From Patescibacteria group bacterium (GTDB taxonomy: Bacteria; Patescibacteriota; Dojkabacteria; GCA-002793355): a stretch of 64,000 bases of DNA. The notes beneath the pieces are model-generated. The model had not been told where the DNA came from and searched no databases. It saw nothing but the letters and a program-made list of their open reading frames with translations. Each line of letters begins with the position of its first letter. The first letter of the stretch is position 1. The translations under genes and the position numbers were made by a program. The stretch lies in the NCBI GenBank assembly GCA_016860985.1, contig BOKM01000001.1, positions 399,462 through 463,461 of the forward strand, in the 5' to 3' direction. This document shows positions 1 through 9,353 of this stretch, piece by piece.

Positions 1-519
1 AAATATCACAGTTATTACATACTGCTGGCGCTTATTTTTACCTTTTGGTATCACCCAATGGAAATCACTCCGGGGCATCTTATTGGATTCTTCTATATGT
101 TTCTATTAATGCTTCAATCAACGCTCCTCTACACCAAACAGCACTTGTCACGTTATTGGATTTTTATTCTCGAAATAATGGTACTCTTTCACGGTACTAC
201 GGTGGCAATCGGTCAAGGAACAGCCACAAGAGACGTTTGGCCTTTATTTGCATTTGGTTTCGGCCTCATTGCGGTTTGTACTCAAATCTATCTTTTGGCT
301 CTTCCAAAATGGGCAAATATTTCACTGCAAATTATGTACGTGCTCTCTGTATTAGCAGTATATTCTGGTAATATTGGGGTTAAAAGGACTTATTCACAAC
401 TCTACGAGTTATCATTTATTCCAGTAACAGAATACGGGATTGTTCTAATTTTGGCAGGCATCGGAGCAATTGCTACCTACATAATTCGTAAGAGTGCTCG
501 AAAGCCTCTCGACGCATAG
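1..519 (+). CDS. Hypothetical polytopic membrane protein. Frame is open to the window start, so probably 5'-partial
   Basis: ORF 58..519 translates to several hydrophobic helix-length segments. The same frame is open back to position 1. No recognisable motif. Confidence 0.35.
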   Translation, partial: KYHSYYILLALIFTFWYHPMEITPGHLIGFFYMFLLMLQSTLLYTKQHLSRYWIFILEIMVLFHGTTVAIGQGTATRDVWPLFAFGFGLIAVCTQIYLLALPKWANISLQIMYVLSVLAVYSGNIGVKRTYSQLYELSFIPVTEYGIVLILAGIGAIATYIIRKSARKPLDA

Positions 520-1031
520 TACGACTCAGCACCGTTGTGATACACATAGACTTTGCCGTATCTTTTATCTGCAAACTCTGCACCACCGCGTGCCCTTACC
601 GCTTCAGGGGTTTGAATCCAACTAGACGTTTTTATATCAAAATCGCCATATTGCTGTAACTTACGATACCATGTCTCATCAAGCAATTGCACACCCATTT
701 CTTCGGCCATCTGAACTGCACTTCCCTTGGGTTTAGCTGTTTTGCGTGATTGCAGCGCGGCATCATCGTAACACAAATTTCTTCTGGCAACTGGCGATTC
801 AGGTGCAAAATCACAAAAGATGAGTTCCCCAGATTTGGAACTGAACTCAATTACATCAGGTTCTCCGCCTGAATCTTCCATTTTCTGTAAAGTCTCTAAT
901 CCTTTCGGAGATGCAAGCAGTAACTTTGCCATCACCTCACTCCATTGAATTCCCTTATGGCGATTAGGATGAGCGATGAAACGTGCTTCCAGAATATTGA
1001 GCAATTGTTCGTATTGTTTATTTTTCTGCAT
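477..1031 (-). CDS. DUF4256-family protein
   Basis: 184 aa. The pattern HKGIQW..GGEPDV..CYD..LQSRK..W..TPE..R..GGA.F.D.RY..VY.YHNGAESYYA.RGFR matches my recollection of DUF4256. Local GC is higher than its surroundings. Confidence 0.55.
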   Translation of the reverse strand: MQKNKQYEQLLNILEARFIAHPNRHKGIQWSEVMAKLLLASPKGLETLQKMEDSGGEPDVIEFSSKSGELIFCDFAPESPVARRNLCYDDAALQSRKTAKPKGSAVQMAEEMGVQLLDETWYRKLQQYGDFDIKTSSWIQTPEAVRARGGAEFADKRYGKVYVYHNGAESYYASRGFRALLRIM

Positions 1032-1118
1032 AACTATAGTAACACATAGAAGTATTCGCCCCCATTGTTGCTAAAAAATATGTAACTGCTGCCCACCAAG
1101 CTACTAGCGACATCATTC

Positions 1119-2507
1119 CTAGCTCTTCTCCTGAGAATTTTGTGCGTCTACCCACACGTAGAGATTCTTTACTGTTTTTAATATTCTGGCAACTCCGTAC
1201 AACCTTTCCCTTTCACTATTAATTTCGCTTCCCTCCACCCGCACAAGCTCTGGTTCCATCGCATTACCCGTCAGCACAGACATGTAATCGGCAGGGAGAA
1301 AGTCTACGGCTAAGGGGTTCCCCTCACGCTTTTGACCTCTAGGGACATACGCAGTAAGAGGTTTGTCAATACGACTAGCCCCGTTCCACCATTTGACACC
1401 AGGTCTATTCCATTCTTTAGCACTTCCGTCATCGTTAACGTGCCAGTGACCACCCCAAATGACAATATTTTCTTCAACAAACTGAGTCGCCCACTCTAGA
1501 CCTTCTCCTGTTACCTGTCGGTAATACTCAATGAGCTGCTTTTGCATTTTAATTGGATCGTGTGCATAAATAACCGTTTGCATCGACTCGCAGGTTGTAA
1601 TAACCCTACTCATAAGTTCTTGCTGGACGGCAGCTTCTCGCCTACGTAAAGCAACTATATCCTCAAGCAGCGCAGGTGCTGCTTTATCGAGTGCAACATC
1701 CTTTACAAGTGATTTTCTGAGCGTATCAGGAGACCCCGAATCATCAAGAAGTTCTGAATCCAAAAAGACGACTTGCTGATTTTTTTTAGTATCCACAATT
1801 GCGCCTATAGCTGAGCCATAATATTTTCGGAGCATATACCAGCGCAAACCAGGGGCAATAACATGACGCTTATAATCTTCTGGCGTTTCATCTAAACGCG
1901 CAAACAATTCTGACATACTGCCACCCTGTTCAATGTGAGATAGCATGTTTTGATACGTATCTAGCGACATATGAGGTAACCGAGCAGCAAATGTATTGTA
2001 ACGCAAAATTCTGTCCCACGATTTAAAATCAGTATCGTGGTTGCCATTCATAACGATGGTTCCTAAAAATCCTTCTTTCTGTGAATGAGCACTACTCCTA
2101 GATAAACGATTGTTAAAGTAGTTCTCATGAAAGGCCATATCACCTAGAATACCAAAAAGCGTCATTGAATCTGTTACGTCGCCACCATGAATCAAAAGAT
2201 CTGCCTTTTGCAACGCACCCGCTACAGTCTTACGCGCAGCATGTAGCGCAATTTGGTTCATTTGTGAGAGCTTACGATATTGATTTCTAAACCACTTAAA
2301 CCGAGCAAGTCCCAAAGGATCACCTTTCCCGTTTGAAATTGCTTCTTGCTTCATTACAGACCATTGATTCGTTTGATAGTGGGTATCTGTTATACCTGCA
2401 ATATCTGGTATATCGCGCTCGACAACCGGAGTTTCAGCAGTAAAGGGTGATTGAAGCCGTACGTTTTTTTGTGTATATTGTCGGGTTTCTGCCTGAGGCT
2501 CAGTCAT
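1119..2507 (-). CDS. Metallophosphoesterase (calcineurin-like) family protein
   Basis: Ordered MPE motifs are present: D-x-H (ITDTHY), GDxxD (HGGDVTD), GNHD (NGNHDTD) and GHxH (GGHWH). There is a roughly 80-aa C-terminal extension. No SbcC partner lies nearby. Confidence 0.65.
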   Translation of the reverse strand: MTEPQAETRQYTQKNVRLQSPFTAETPVVERDIPDIAGITDTHYQTNQWSVMKQEAISNGKGDPLGLARFKWFRNQYRKLSQMNQIALHAARKTVAGALQKADLLIHGGDVTDSMTLFGILGDMAFHENYFNNRLSRSSAHSQKEGFLGTIVMNGNHDTDFKSWDRILRYNTFAARLPHMSLDTYQNMLSHIEQGGSMSELFARLDETPEDYKRHVIAPGLRWYMLRKYYGSAIGAIVDTKKNQQVVFLDSELLDDSGSPDTLRKSLVKDVALDKAAPALLEDIVALRRREAAVQQELMSRVITTCESMQTVIYAHDPIKMQKQLIEYYRQVTGEGLEWATQFVEENIVIWGGHWHVNDDGSAKEWNRPGVKWWNGASRIDKPLTAYVPRGQKREGNPLAVDFLPADYMSVLTGNAMEPELVRVEGSEINSERERLYGVARILKTVKNLYVWVDAQNSQEKS

Positions 2508-2583
2508 ATCGAATTATACCATTTTGCCTAACATTTTACTCATGATTGCTTCTCATTTTCCTTTGTTTGCTGTACTATGAATA

Positions 2584-3234
2584 ATGCCTCAAGAAAATAT
2601 GAATGAGCAACTCTCGTTGCAAGATTTTATCTCTCGTTGCCGCGAAGCAGACGTTAACGATCTGATTATCCGAGACAACCTCCTACAAGTTGGCTGGAGA
2701 AAAGATATTATCGACAAAGCACTCGCAGGAAACATTCCTGTCCCAATCCCCCAAGAAAAAGAAAAAGGAAGTCGCTCAATGTGGGATGCCTTTGAACATA
2801 TTCTTCTCTTTATTTCACTCTATACTTTGGTAATCTCTATCGGGAATATTTTCTATCGATTAATAGACATCTATGTTCCAGAATTACTCAATTCATATTC
2901 GTATTATTCTGGCGCAGATTCCTTTTCTAGCCCACTAGCTGCAGCAATTGTTTCGTTCCCGTTATTCCTCTTTTTCTTTGTACGCATTGCAAAAAGGACT
3001 GCACAATTACCAGCAATACGGAACTTGCCCGTACGTAAGCAGCTAATTTACGGCACACTTATTCTCGCCTTCATAATTGCGCTTATCGATATAATTGCAC
3101 TTATTTACAACGTGTTATCAGGTGATTTAACCAGTAACTCTTTCATGAAAATGCTTGTGGTGCTTACCCTCGCGGGGGCAGTCGCAGGCTACTACTTAAT
3201 TCAAATTAGAGAAGATGCAGCTATTAGGGATTAA
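2584..3234 (+). CDS. Hypothetical membrane protein: soluble N-terminal region followed by about 4 TM helices
   Basis: Hydrophobicity pattern only. Confidence 0.4.
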   Translation: MPQENMNEQLSLQDFISRCREADVNDLIIRDNLLQVGWRKDIIDKALAGNIPVPIPQEKEKGSRSMWDAFEHILLFISLYTLVISIGNIFYRLIDIYVPELLNSYSYYSGADSFSSPLAAAIVSFPLFLFFFVRIAKRTAQLPAIRNLPVRKQLIYGTLILAFIIALIDIIALIYNVLSGDLTSNSFMKMLVVLTLAGAVAGYYLIQIREDAAIRD

Positions 3235-3721
3235 CAAGGCAGAAAAATTCTTTCTTACTTTTTTAGGAGTACTTGCACTTATTGCAATTATTGTTCCCTT
3301 CACTTCTTTCACAAACCCTAAAAAGCAACTGGGAATAAAACTTGATCAGCAACGAATTAGCCAGTTCAGCTCTTTGTACGGCTTTATACAGAGTTACTAC
3401 AAATCAAACGCGTCACTCCCTTCAGACCTCAGCTTTGTGACAACAGAAGCTATTGTACGAGACCCTGAAACACAAGCCCCTATCGATTACGAAATTGTCA
3501 GCCAAACGTCATTCAAATTATGTACGACGTTCAGCACCGATTCGACCGATGCTACCTACAAAAATTATCGTGACGTAATGCCAATCTACAACGAAGGCAC
3601 GACAAATTACAATCACAAAAAAGGTTACGATTGCATCGTATTTAGAGTCACGTTTGTTCCGACACCGACCGATTATCCAATCTACAACGAGGGTACGGAA
3701 GAAGAAGTGATGCCTCAATAA
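3215..3721 (+). CDS. Hypothetical protein with an N-terminal TM or signal anchor
   Basis: The N-terminus has a hydrophobic segment. A YNEGT motif is duplicated at the C-terminus. No pilin-type GFTLIE motif is present. Confidence 0.35.
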   Translation: MQLLGINKAEKFFLTFLGVLALIAIIVPFTSFTNPKKQLGIKLDQQRISQFSSLYGFIQSYYKSNASLPSDLSFVTTEAIVRDPETQAPIDYEIVSQTSFKLCTTFSTDSTDATYKNYRDVMPIYNEGTTNYNHKKGYDCIVFRVTFVPTPTDYPIYNEGTEEEVMPQ

Positions 3722-3748
3722 CGATTCTTAAATAAAAGTCTTTAGCGG

Positions 3749-4207
3749 TTATTTCATCCCCTTTTCAACCAATTCACCGATTTTTGACTCATCTTCGAGA
3801 AAATAATACTTGTAGGAATAATCTTCTTTTACAATATCGCTGTTAATACGTTGAAGTGTATCTGAAATCAGTCGATTATTTTGCTTTTTACCAAGTACAA
3901 CAAAAGATATTTTTGCTTGATTCTTAACTGAAAGAAATATTTTGTAAGATTTTTCCATTCCAAACAGAATAAACGATTCAAATATTTTGTTAACCTCTAT
4001 ATTAGAGAGATCCGTAATTGCGATATATTCACCTCTTATTGTGCTCGTCATCAAGCGTACCTGCTTCATGAGCGCTACCAAGCCGCCGATTGTAGGTACT
4101 CCAGAAATAGTAACGCGCAGCAATGGAATGGTCGAACGCCCTTTTTTATGTGAGTCAAACTCGTAATCCTGTAAACTAACAGATATTCCTTTTGGTAATT
4201 CCTCCAT
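3749..4207 (-). CDS. Hypothetical protein
   Basis: 152-aa ORF divergent from the NYN gene. No motif recognised. Confidence 0.3.
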   Translation of the reverse strand: MEELPKGISVSLQDYEFDSHKKGRSTIPLLRVTISGVPTIGGLVALMKQVRLMTSTIRGEYIAITDLSNIEVNKIFESFILFGMEKSYKIFLSVKNQAKISFVVLGKKQNNRLISDTLQRINSDIVKEDYSYKYYFLEDESKIGELVEKGMK

Positions 4208-4273
4208 TTCTTAGTGTATACAAAATTCCCAAACATGGCAAAACGATAGGGTGTGAAAGATGTATAATCGAAT

Positions 4274-4810
4274 ATGATATATAGAAATCAGCAACAAAGA
4301 GTCGCCGTTCTCGTCGACGTTCAAAATCTGTACTATTCGGCAAAGGGTGTGTATAAGGCACATGTTTCTTACAAGAACCTTCTTTCACTTTGTATTCAGA
4401 ATCGTGTGCTTACTCGGGCAATTGCCTACGTGATACGAACACCGCAACGGACAGAAGATACTTTCTTGGAAGCAATCAACTCTGCAGGGTTCGAGGTAAA
4501 AGAAAAGGATCTCCAAGTATTTGCCGACGGCGCAATGAAAGGAGATTGGGACTTAGGCATCGCCATGGATGCAATTCGGCTTGGTCATAAAGTTGACTCA
4601 ATTATCCTCTGCTCGGGTGATGGGGATTACGTTCCCGTTGTAAACTATCTTCAGCAGTCTCTTGGGTGCTTGGTAGAAGTTGTTGCCTTTGGAAAAACCG
4701 CAAACAAACAATTAAAAGAGATTGCAGACGATTTTATAAACCTAGACGAGCAAGCAAATTCAATTTTGTTTAGACCAAGAAGGAACAAGGTAAAAAGGAC
4801 CGCGCAATAA
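4274..4810 (+). CDS. NYN-domain (LabA-like, PIN-like) protein
   Basis: N-terminal VAVLVDVQNLYYS and the acidic cluster CSGDGDY..V are typical of the NYN/LabA fold. Confidence 0.65.
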   Translation: MIYRNQQQRVAVLVDVQNLYYSAKGVYKAHVSYKNLLSLCIQNRVLTRAIAYVIRTPQRTEDTFLEAINSAGFEVKEKDLQVFADGAMKGDWDLGIAMDAIRLGHKVDSIILCSGDGDYVPVVNYLQQSLGCLVEVVAFGKTANKQLKEIADDFINLDEQANSILFRPRRNKVKRTAQ

Positions 4811-4877
4811 CCCATAGTATTTTACTTTTCTTGTGTATTACTGTACAATTACGTGTAAAACCAACTTGACATGATCA

Positions 4878-5645
4878 GTGGTGCAACAAGAAAGCATCAG
4901 TATCCTCCCCGTTGCGAAGGACGACACTGACAAAATAAACGAGTGCGCAACACTCTTGGCAAACGAATTTGCGGATACTCTACGCGCAAAAGAGGAATAT
5001 CAAAAGAATGTAAAACTCTTTTCTTCTCCTACTTCCTACTGTTTTCAGGTTACAGCAAACAATCGATTTATCGGTATTATTGCGCTCAATTGTCACCCTT
5101 GGGAACAAATTAAAGAGCAGCTTTACCTCTCTCCTTCCACAAATAATGTAAAAGAAGAATTTAAGGAAGTTTCACTTGTTCCTTTTCGTACACTTATTGA
5201 ACACAAAAAATTAAAACCGCAAATGGTTGTTGATTACGCTTACACTTATATCTGCCCCTCTGAACGTGGCAAAGGATATGCAAGCAAGGCGTGGGAACTC
5301 CAAGAAGAATATGTATTAAGAAACTTTCCGAACTCTATTGGAATTATTATCGTCAGAAAAGCCAACTGCGCGCGAACAGATTGTCAAACTGTACTCCTTC
5401 ATATGCTCGCAAAAGAGCGACAGGCACAAGGCTTAGACCCTTCTGCATACGTGCAGGTAAAAGGAATCCCAATCTCCACAAAAGAAATAAAAAAAGCTGC
5501 ACAGATTTCGTACCCTATTTCTTTTTACAATGGTGTACAAGAAATGTCACATCTAGCAACTAAATATGGATTTACACCCTTTGCATTTACCAAAGCGTTT
5601 TGTCCTGTGTTTATCAAGAAAAATACTCCTACTCATGCAGAGTAA
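4878..5645 (+). CDS. Hypothetical protein, possibly GNAT-like
   Basis: The segment YICPSERGKGYASKAWE resembles the GNAT motif A (R/QxxGxG/A). Otherwise unassigned. Confidence 0.3.
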   Translation: MVQQESISILPVAKDDTDKINECATLLANEFADTLRAKEEYQKNVKLFSSPTSYCFQVTANNRFIGIIALNCHPWEQIKEQLYLSPSTNNVKEEFKEVSLVPFRTLIEHKKLKPQMVVDYAYTYICPSERGKGYASKAWELQEEYVLRNFPNSIGIIIVRKANCARTDCQTVLLHMLAKERQAQGLDPSAYVQVKGIPISTKEIKKAAQISYPISFYNGVQEMSHLATKYGFTPFAFTKAFCPVFIKKNTPTHAE

Positions 5646-8600
5646 GGTCGAGTGTTAACACGCGAACACGTTCTTTACCTTCAGGAAGGATCTCAATAAA
5701 CGGAACCCCTGAAGCAAACATTTTCGTAGTGTCCATAAGCTTTAGGTGATAGCGAGCATTTGGAACAACAAAGCTATATTCGCCTGACGTACTCGTAAAC
5801 GTACGGTAAAGCAAAGTATTGAACTCTGGATCAAACAACCCCAGCTCTAGCCCAGCAACTGCTACACCTTTGGTAGTTTTAACACTTCCGGTCGACTTTT
5901 TAGGAAGGAGCTGCACAATCTTAGCCAACAACAGCAACACATACACGCCAAGCACAATGAAGTTGTATTTGTGAGGATAGATATACGCAATATACCCTCC
6001 ATACGCAAAGCCGCCTAACAACAGTGCGTTGCTAAAGAACTCAATCACCTTTGTGAACATACTTTGAGCCTGTAAACGCTTTCGTTCTTGGTCGGAAAGC
6101 GTAACCGAATCGAGCGGAATCGAAAAGAGCATTCCTTCCGAAGCGTTTGTCAACTCAATCTCTTGACCTTTATAGATATTATTAAAACCACCATCATTAT
6201 CAGCAGTTATTACAGAAGAAGGGAAGGTGTATCCGGCAAGTGTCACTGAAATGGTAAAGACACCTTGTTTTGGACTGAGACGAAAACTTCCTGTTGCATC
6301 TGAAACTACGGTATCTGCAATCTCTTTGTTGATATGTATCAACCGTACAACGGCTCGAGGAAGTGGCTTCTTTGTACGAGAGTCGTACACTACCCCACAT
6401 TTCTGTCGTTTTTTTCTACTGATAAACCCAGCCAAAGAGAGCCAGATATTCCCAAAGATAGTTGGTTGCTGTAACGCAATGACTGCTTCAATCGCAAGCA
6501 TGCTTGACCCAACCACAATTGTGTTACGCCAAGGGAGTTCAGTTGCTACCATTACAGTTACTGTTTTTACGGCTGTGCAATAGCCATTGTCAGCCGTAAT
6601 ACTATACTCTTTTGTTATTTCTGGCTTAAAAGTTACTGAATCCACCGGAGTAAAATCCTCTTTAAAGCCCGCAATGCGAACGATTTCTGTATTTTTTGTT
6701 GTCCACGAAAGAGTAATTTCTCCTCCTTTTTTTATTAGTGTTTCAGAGGTAGTAAATGTATCAAAAGTTGGGCACGCCGGAGTCGTTCCTTTTACCACTG
6801 GAGGCAAGGTTACAGCTGCGATTACACGAGGAGTGGATACCGGGGTTGCGACAATAGTATTCGTTGGAGTCGTGGTTGGTGTAAGCGTGACGGTTGTTGT
6901 CGGAGTCGCAGTAACGGTTGTTGTTGGTGTGGCAGTTGGAGTTGTTGTGCCATAACTCATGGCACCAGTTCCATCTAACCCACTTACCTTCCAGTACTCT
7001 TTGCCATCAACAGTTACTACTTCAAGTTCTGCAGAGCTTTCCGTAAGTACATAGCCACCGGTACAAGTTGAGCTAATGTCCGCAACTGTTACTGCATTTG
7101 GGCAAACGCGAACCGAGGTTTGCCCCGGTAATTTGTAAATATAAATTGAGTGCGTACTTGAAATACCTGGTGCAGTTGTTGGATTAAGATTAACTACGAG
7201 CGACTTTGACGCATTGGGCAATGTGATTGCATTTACTTGACTCCAGTCTCGATCTTCTGACAAATCAATATTAAAATCTGATACAAGATATTCCCCGAAA
7301 GTAAGGAGCGCATTAAGGTTATCAATTCCTGGGCTAGCCGGATTGTAGTACCTGCTCACCAAACTTGTATTCTCAGACGTAGAAAACTGCTCTTCTCCCG
7401 TAATTTCTTCTGCCGTAGATATTACATCTGCACTTGAAATTAGATTGTATATTCGCGTACCTGAAGGCACGAGTTGCACACGGTGGTTCGCCAAGTCTGC
7501 AACGGTAATAACACCTGATACCGGATTACGCGCTAAGCCTCGTGGTTCGTAGTATTCTTCCGTTCCACTCCCTGTTACTGCTCCGTATTTACGAAGAAAT
7601 ACGCCAGAATCGTTGAATACTTGAATTTTAGTATGATAACTCTCTGATACATGAAGATTCCCCTCTTCGTCAAAGGCCATACCTCCAATATCAAAGAAAG
7701 CTCCGTCTGCGTCGCCAGCTTCACCACCAATTGTTCTCACATACGTTCCGTTTGTGTCAAAGACCTGAATCACCGATTTACTTACAATTTCATCATTGTA
7801 TTCTTCGGTTTTTGAAGAGACATAAATCTGATCGCTTGAGTCAATAATAATTGCTAGAATTTGCCCAAACTCTCCATTTGCTTCTCCAAAGGTTCCCCAC
7901 TGGGTAAGGTAATTGCCAGCGCTATCAAATTTCTGCACTCTGTGATTACGCGAATCTCCCACATAGATATTTCCGGTCGAATCGACTGCTATTCCGTAGC
8001 CACCTTGAAATTGCCCATCACCAGTTCCTGCTGCTTCGATGTGCAGTAGCTGTGAGCCATCAAGTGCGAATTTATGAAATCCACTATTATCAGAAACGTA
8101 AATTTGGTCATTTTTTATCGTCATAAAATAGGCTTCAGTGTCAAAAGTAGGTGGTTCAACTATCGTTTCCATATACGTTCCCGCATTTGTGAATTTCTGA
8201 ATTCTGCCTTCATATGCACCGTTATCGAGGACATATAAGTTACCCTCAGAATCGTATGCAACAGCACGAGGGAAACTGAATTTACCCGAAGTAAACCCAC
8301 TATTTCTCACACTCGACACAAATACTCTTGAGCTAGAAAATTTTTGAATCGCTTGATGGTCGTAATCTGCAATGTAATAGTTACCTGCTGAATCTGTAAC
8401 CACATCAACAGGAGTTAATATCTGCCACGCACTATGACCGTGTTCCCCCCACGACCTAATCCAATCACCATCACTTTCGAATTCAATAATTTTGTGACCA
8501 TCTGTTCCGTGTGCAGATGTTACCAATACATCTCCATTTGCTTTTACATGAATACCTCGAGGCACTGCAAGTTGTCCATCTCCATTTCCACAACTGCCGA

Positions 8601-9291
8601 AAGTTCTTATAAATGTCCCCGAAGGAGAAAAAACTTCAACTCTACAGTTGGGTTCAGAATCAACTACATATACATTTCCTGAAGCGTCGGTCGCAACGCC
8701 CTGTGGGTCCATAAACTGCCCATCACCCGAACCTTCTGAACCGAAAGAAGAAATAAATGTACCATTTACGGAGCGTTTAACAACTCTGTGATTATCACCA
8801 TCACTAACATAAAGGCTGTTACTCGCCGAATCGTAATGAATATATGTTGCATTGGAATAAGTTTCTCCTTCAGGTTGATCGAGCCCCCAGGAATCTATAT
8901 ATCCTCCATTACTATCTAGTTTGTAAGTCCAGTGCGCTGTTTGCACATAAAGGTTGTCTTGATTGTCTACAGTAAGTCCGGTAATTCCGATAGAAAACTC
9001 GCCCTCTCCATCGCCATACCTCCCAACAGTTCTTACTATTTCTCCATCTGCGTTCACTTTTACCAAGCGATAATTCAAATGATCGGTATACCAAACGCTT
9101 CCATCTGACATAACAACTAAGCTAACAGGTTTTCCAATATTTCGGTACGACTCAGGTAGATAGACCGCTTGCGACGATTCGGCCTTAACCTCTGGATTAT
9201 CGTTCTTAATGGCAAACGAATTAACACTCGTATACACAGCAACAAAGGAAAAAGCTATAAGGACCCCAAAAAGGTAAAGTTTTTTATTCAT
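5629..9291 (-). CDS. Giant surface protein: signal peptide, NHL-repeat beta-propeller region, Thr/Pro linker and the conserved C-terminal membrane module
   Basis: Signal peptide MNKKLYLFGVLIAFSFVAVYTSVNSFA. Many NHL-like blades (for example YVVDSEPNCRVEVFSPSGTFIRTFG). A TPT repeat linker. The C-terminus contains GVVYDSRTKKPLPRAVVRLI..DTVVSDATGSFRL (CarboxypepD_reg-like) flanked by TM helices. It is paralogous over the last ~430 aa to 41859..45038 and 45007..48837. Confidence 0.8.
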   Translation of the reverse strand: MNKKLYLFGVLIAFSFVAVYTSVNSFAIKNDNPEVKAESSQAVYLPESYRNIGKPVSLVVMSDGSVWYTDHLNYRLVKVNADGEIVRTVGRYGDGEGEFSIGITGLTVDNQDNLYVQTAHWTYKLDSNGGYIDSWGLDQPEGETYSNATYIHYDSASNSLYVSDGDNHRVVKRSVNGTFISSFGSEGSGDGQFMDPQGVATDASGNVYVVDSEPNCRVEVFSPSGTFIRTFGSCGNGDGQLAVPRGIHVKANGDVLVTSAHGTDGHKIIEFESDGDWIRSWGEHGHSAWQILTPVDVVTDSAGNYYIADYDHQAIQKFSSSRVFVSSVRNSGFTSGKFSFPRAVAYDSEGNLYVLDNGAYEGRIQKFTNAGTYMETIVEPPTFDTEAYFMTIKNDQIYVSDNSGFHKFALDGSQLLHIEAAGTGDGQFQGGYGIAVDSTGNIYVGDSRNHRVQKFDSAGNYLTQWGTFGEANGEFGQILAIIIDSSDQIYVSSKTEEYNDEIVSKSVIQVFDTNGTYVRTIGGEAGDADGAFFDIGGMAFDEEGNLHVSESYHTKIQVFNDSGVFLRKYGAVTGSGTEEYYEPRGLARNPVSGVITVADLANHRVQLVPSGTRIYNLISSADVISTAEEITGEEQFSTSENTSLVSRYYNPASPGIDNLNALLTFGEYLVSDFNIDLSEDRDWSQVNAITLPNASKSLVVNLNPTTAPGISSTHSIYIYKLPGQTSVRVCPNAVTVADISSTCTGGYVLTESSAELEVVTVDGKEYWKVSGLDGTGAMSYGTTTPTATPTTTVTATPTTTVTLTPTTTPTNTIVATPVSTPRVIAAVTLPPVVKGTTPACPTFDTFTTSETLIKKGGEITLSWTTKNTEIVRIAGFKEDFTPVDSVTFKPEITKEYSITADNGYCTAVKTVTVMVATELPWRNTIVVGSSMLAIEAVIALQQPTIFGNIWLSLAGFISRKKRQKCGVVYDSRTKKPLPRAVVRLIHINKEIADTVVSDATGSFRLSPKQGVFTISVTLAGYTFPSSVITADNDGGFNNIYKGQEIELTNASEGMLFSIPLDSVTLSDQERKRLQAQSMFTKVIEFFSNALLLGGFAYGGYIAYIYPHKYNFIVLGVYVLLLLAKIVQLLPKKSTGSVKTTKGVAVAGLELGLFDPEFNTLLYRTFTSTSGEYSFVVPNARYHLKLMDTTKMFASGVPFIEILPEGKERVRVLTLDLTLHE
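6835..6960. repeat. Tandem short repeats encoding the TPT(A/V)TPTTTVT linker in the NHL protein
   Basis: Repeated acggttgttgt(y)gg(w)gt units are visible in the DNA. The encoded Thr/Pro tract sits between the ectodomain and the C-terminal module. Confidence 0.5.
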
Positions 9292-9353
9292 ATAATACGT
9301 GATTGAATTTGATAATTAACTGTAACGATTATTTAAATAGCCGTCAAATATCG

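Noticed and set aside
45-371. An alternative 108-aa ORF overlapping 58..519
   Set aside because: Its translation is Ser/Asn/Arg-rich without hydrophobic periodicity. The overlapping frame gives a coherent polytopic membrane protein and is open to the window edge.
6587-6955. Val/Gly-rich ORFs on the opposite strand of the Thr/Pro linker tracts (also 9973..10185, 43150..43428 and 46133..46432)
   Set aside because: They mirror the ACN/CCN codon repeats of the real genes, and each is embedded in a long intact ORF on the other strand.
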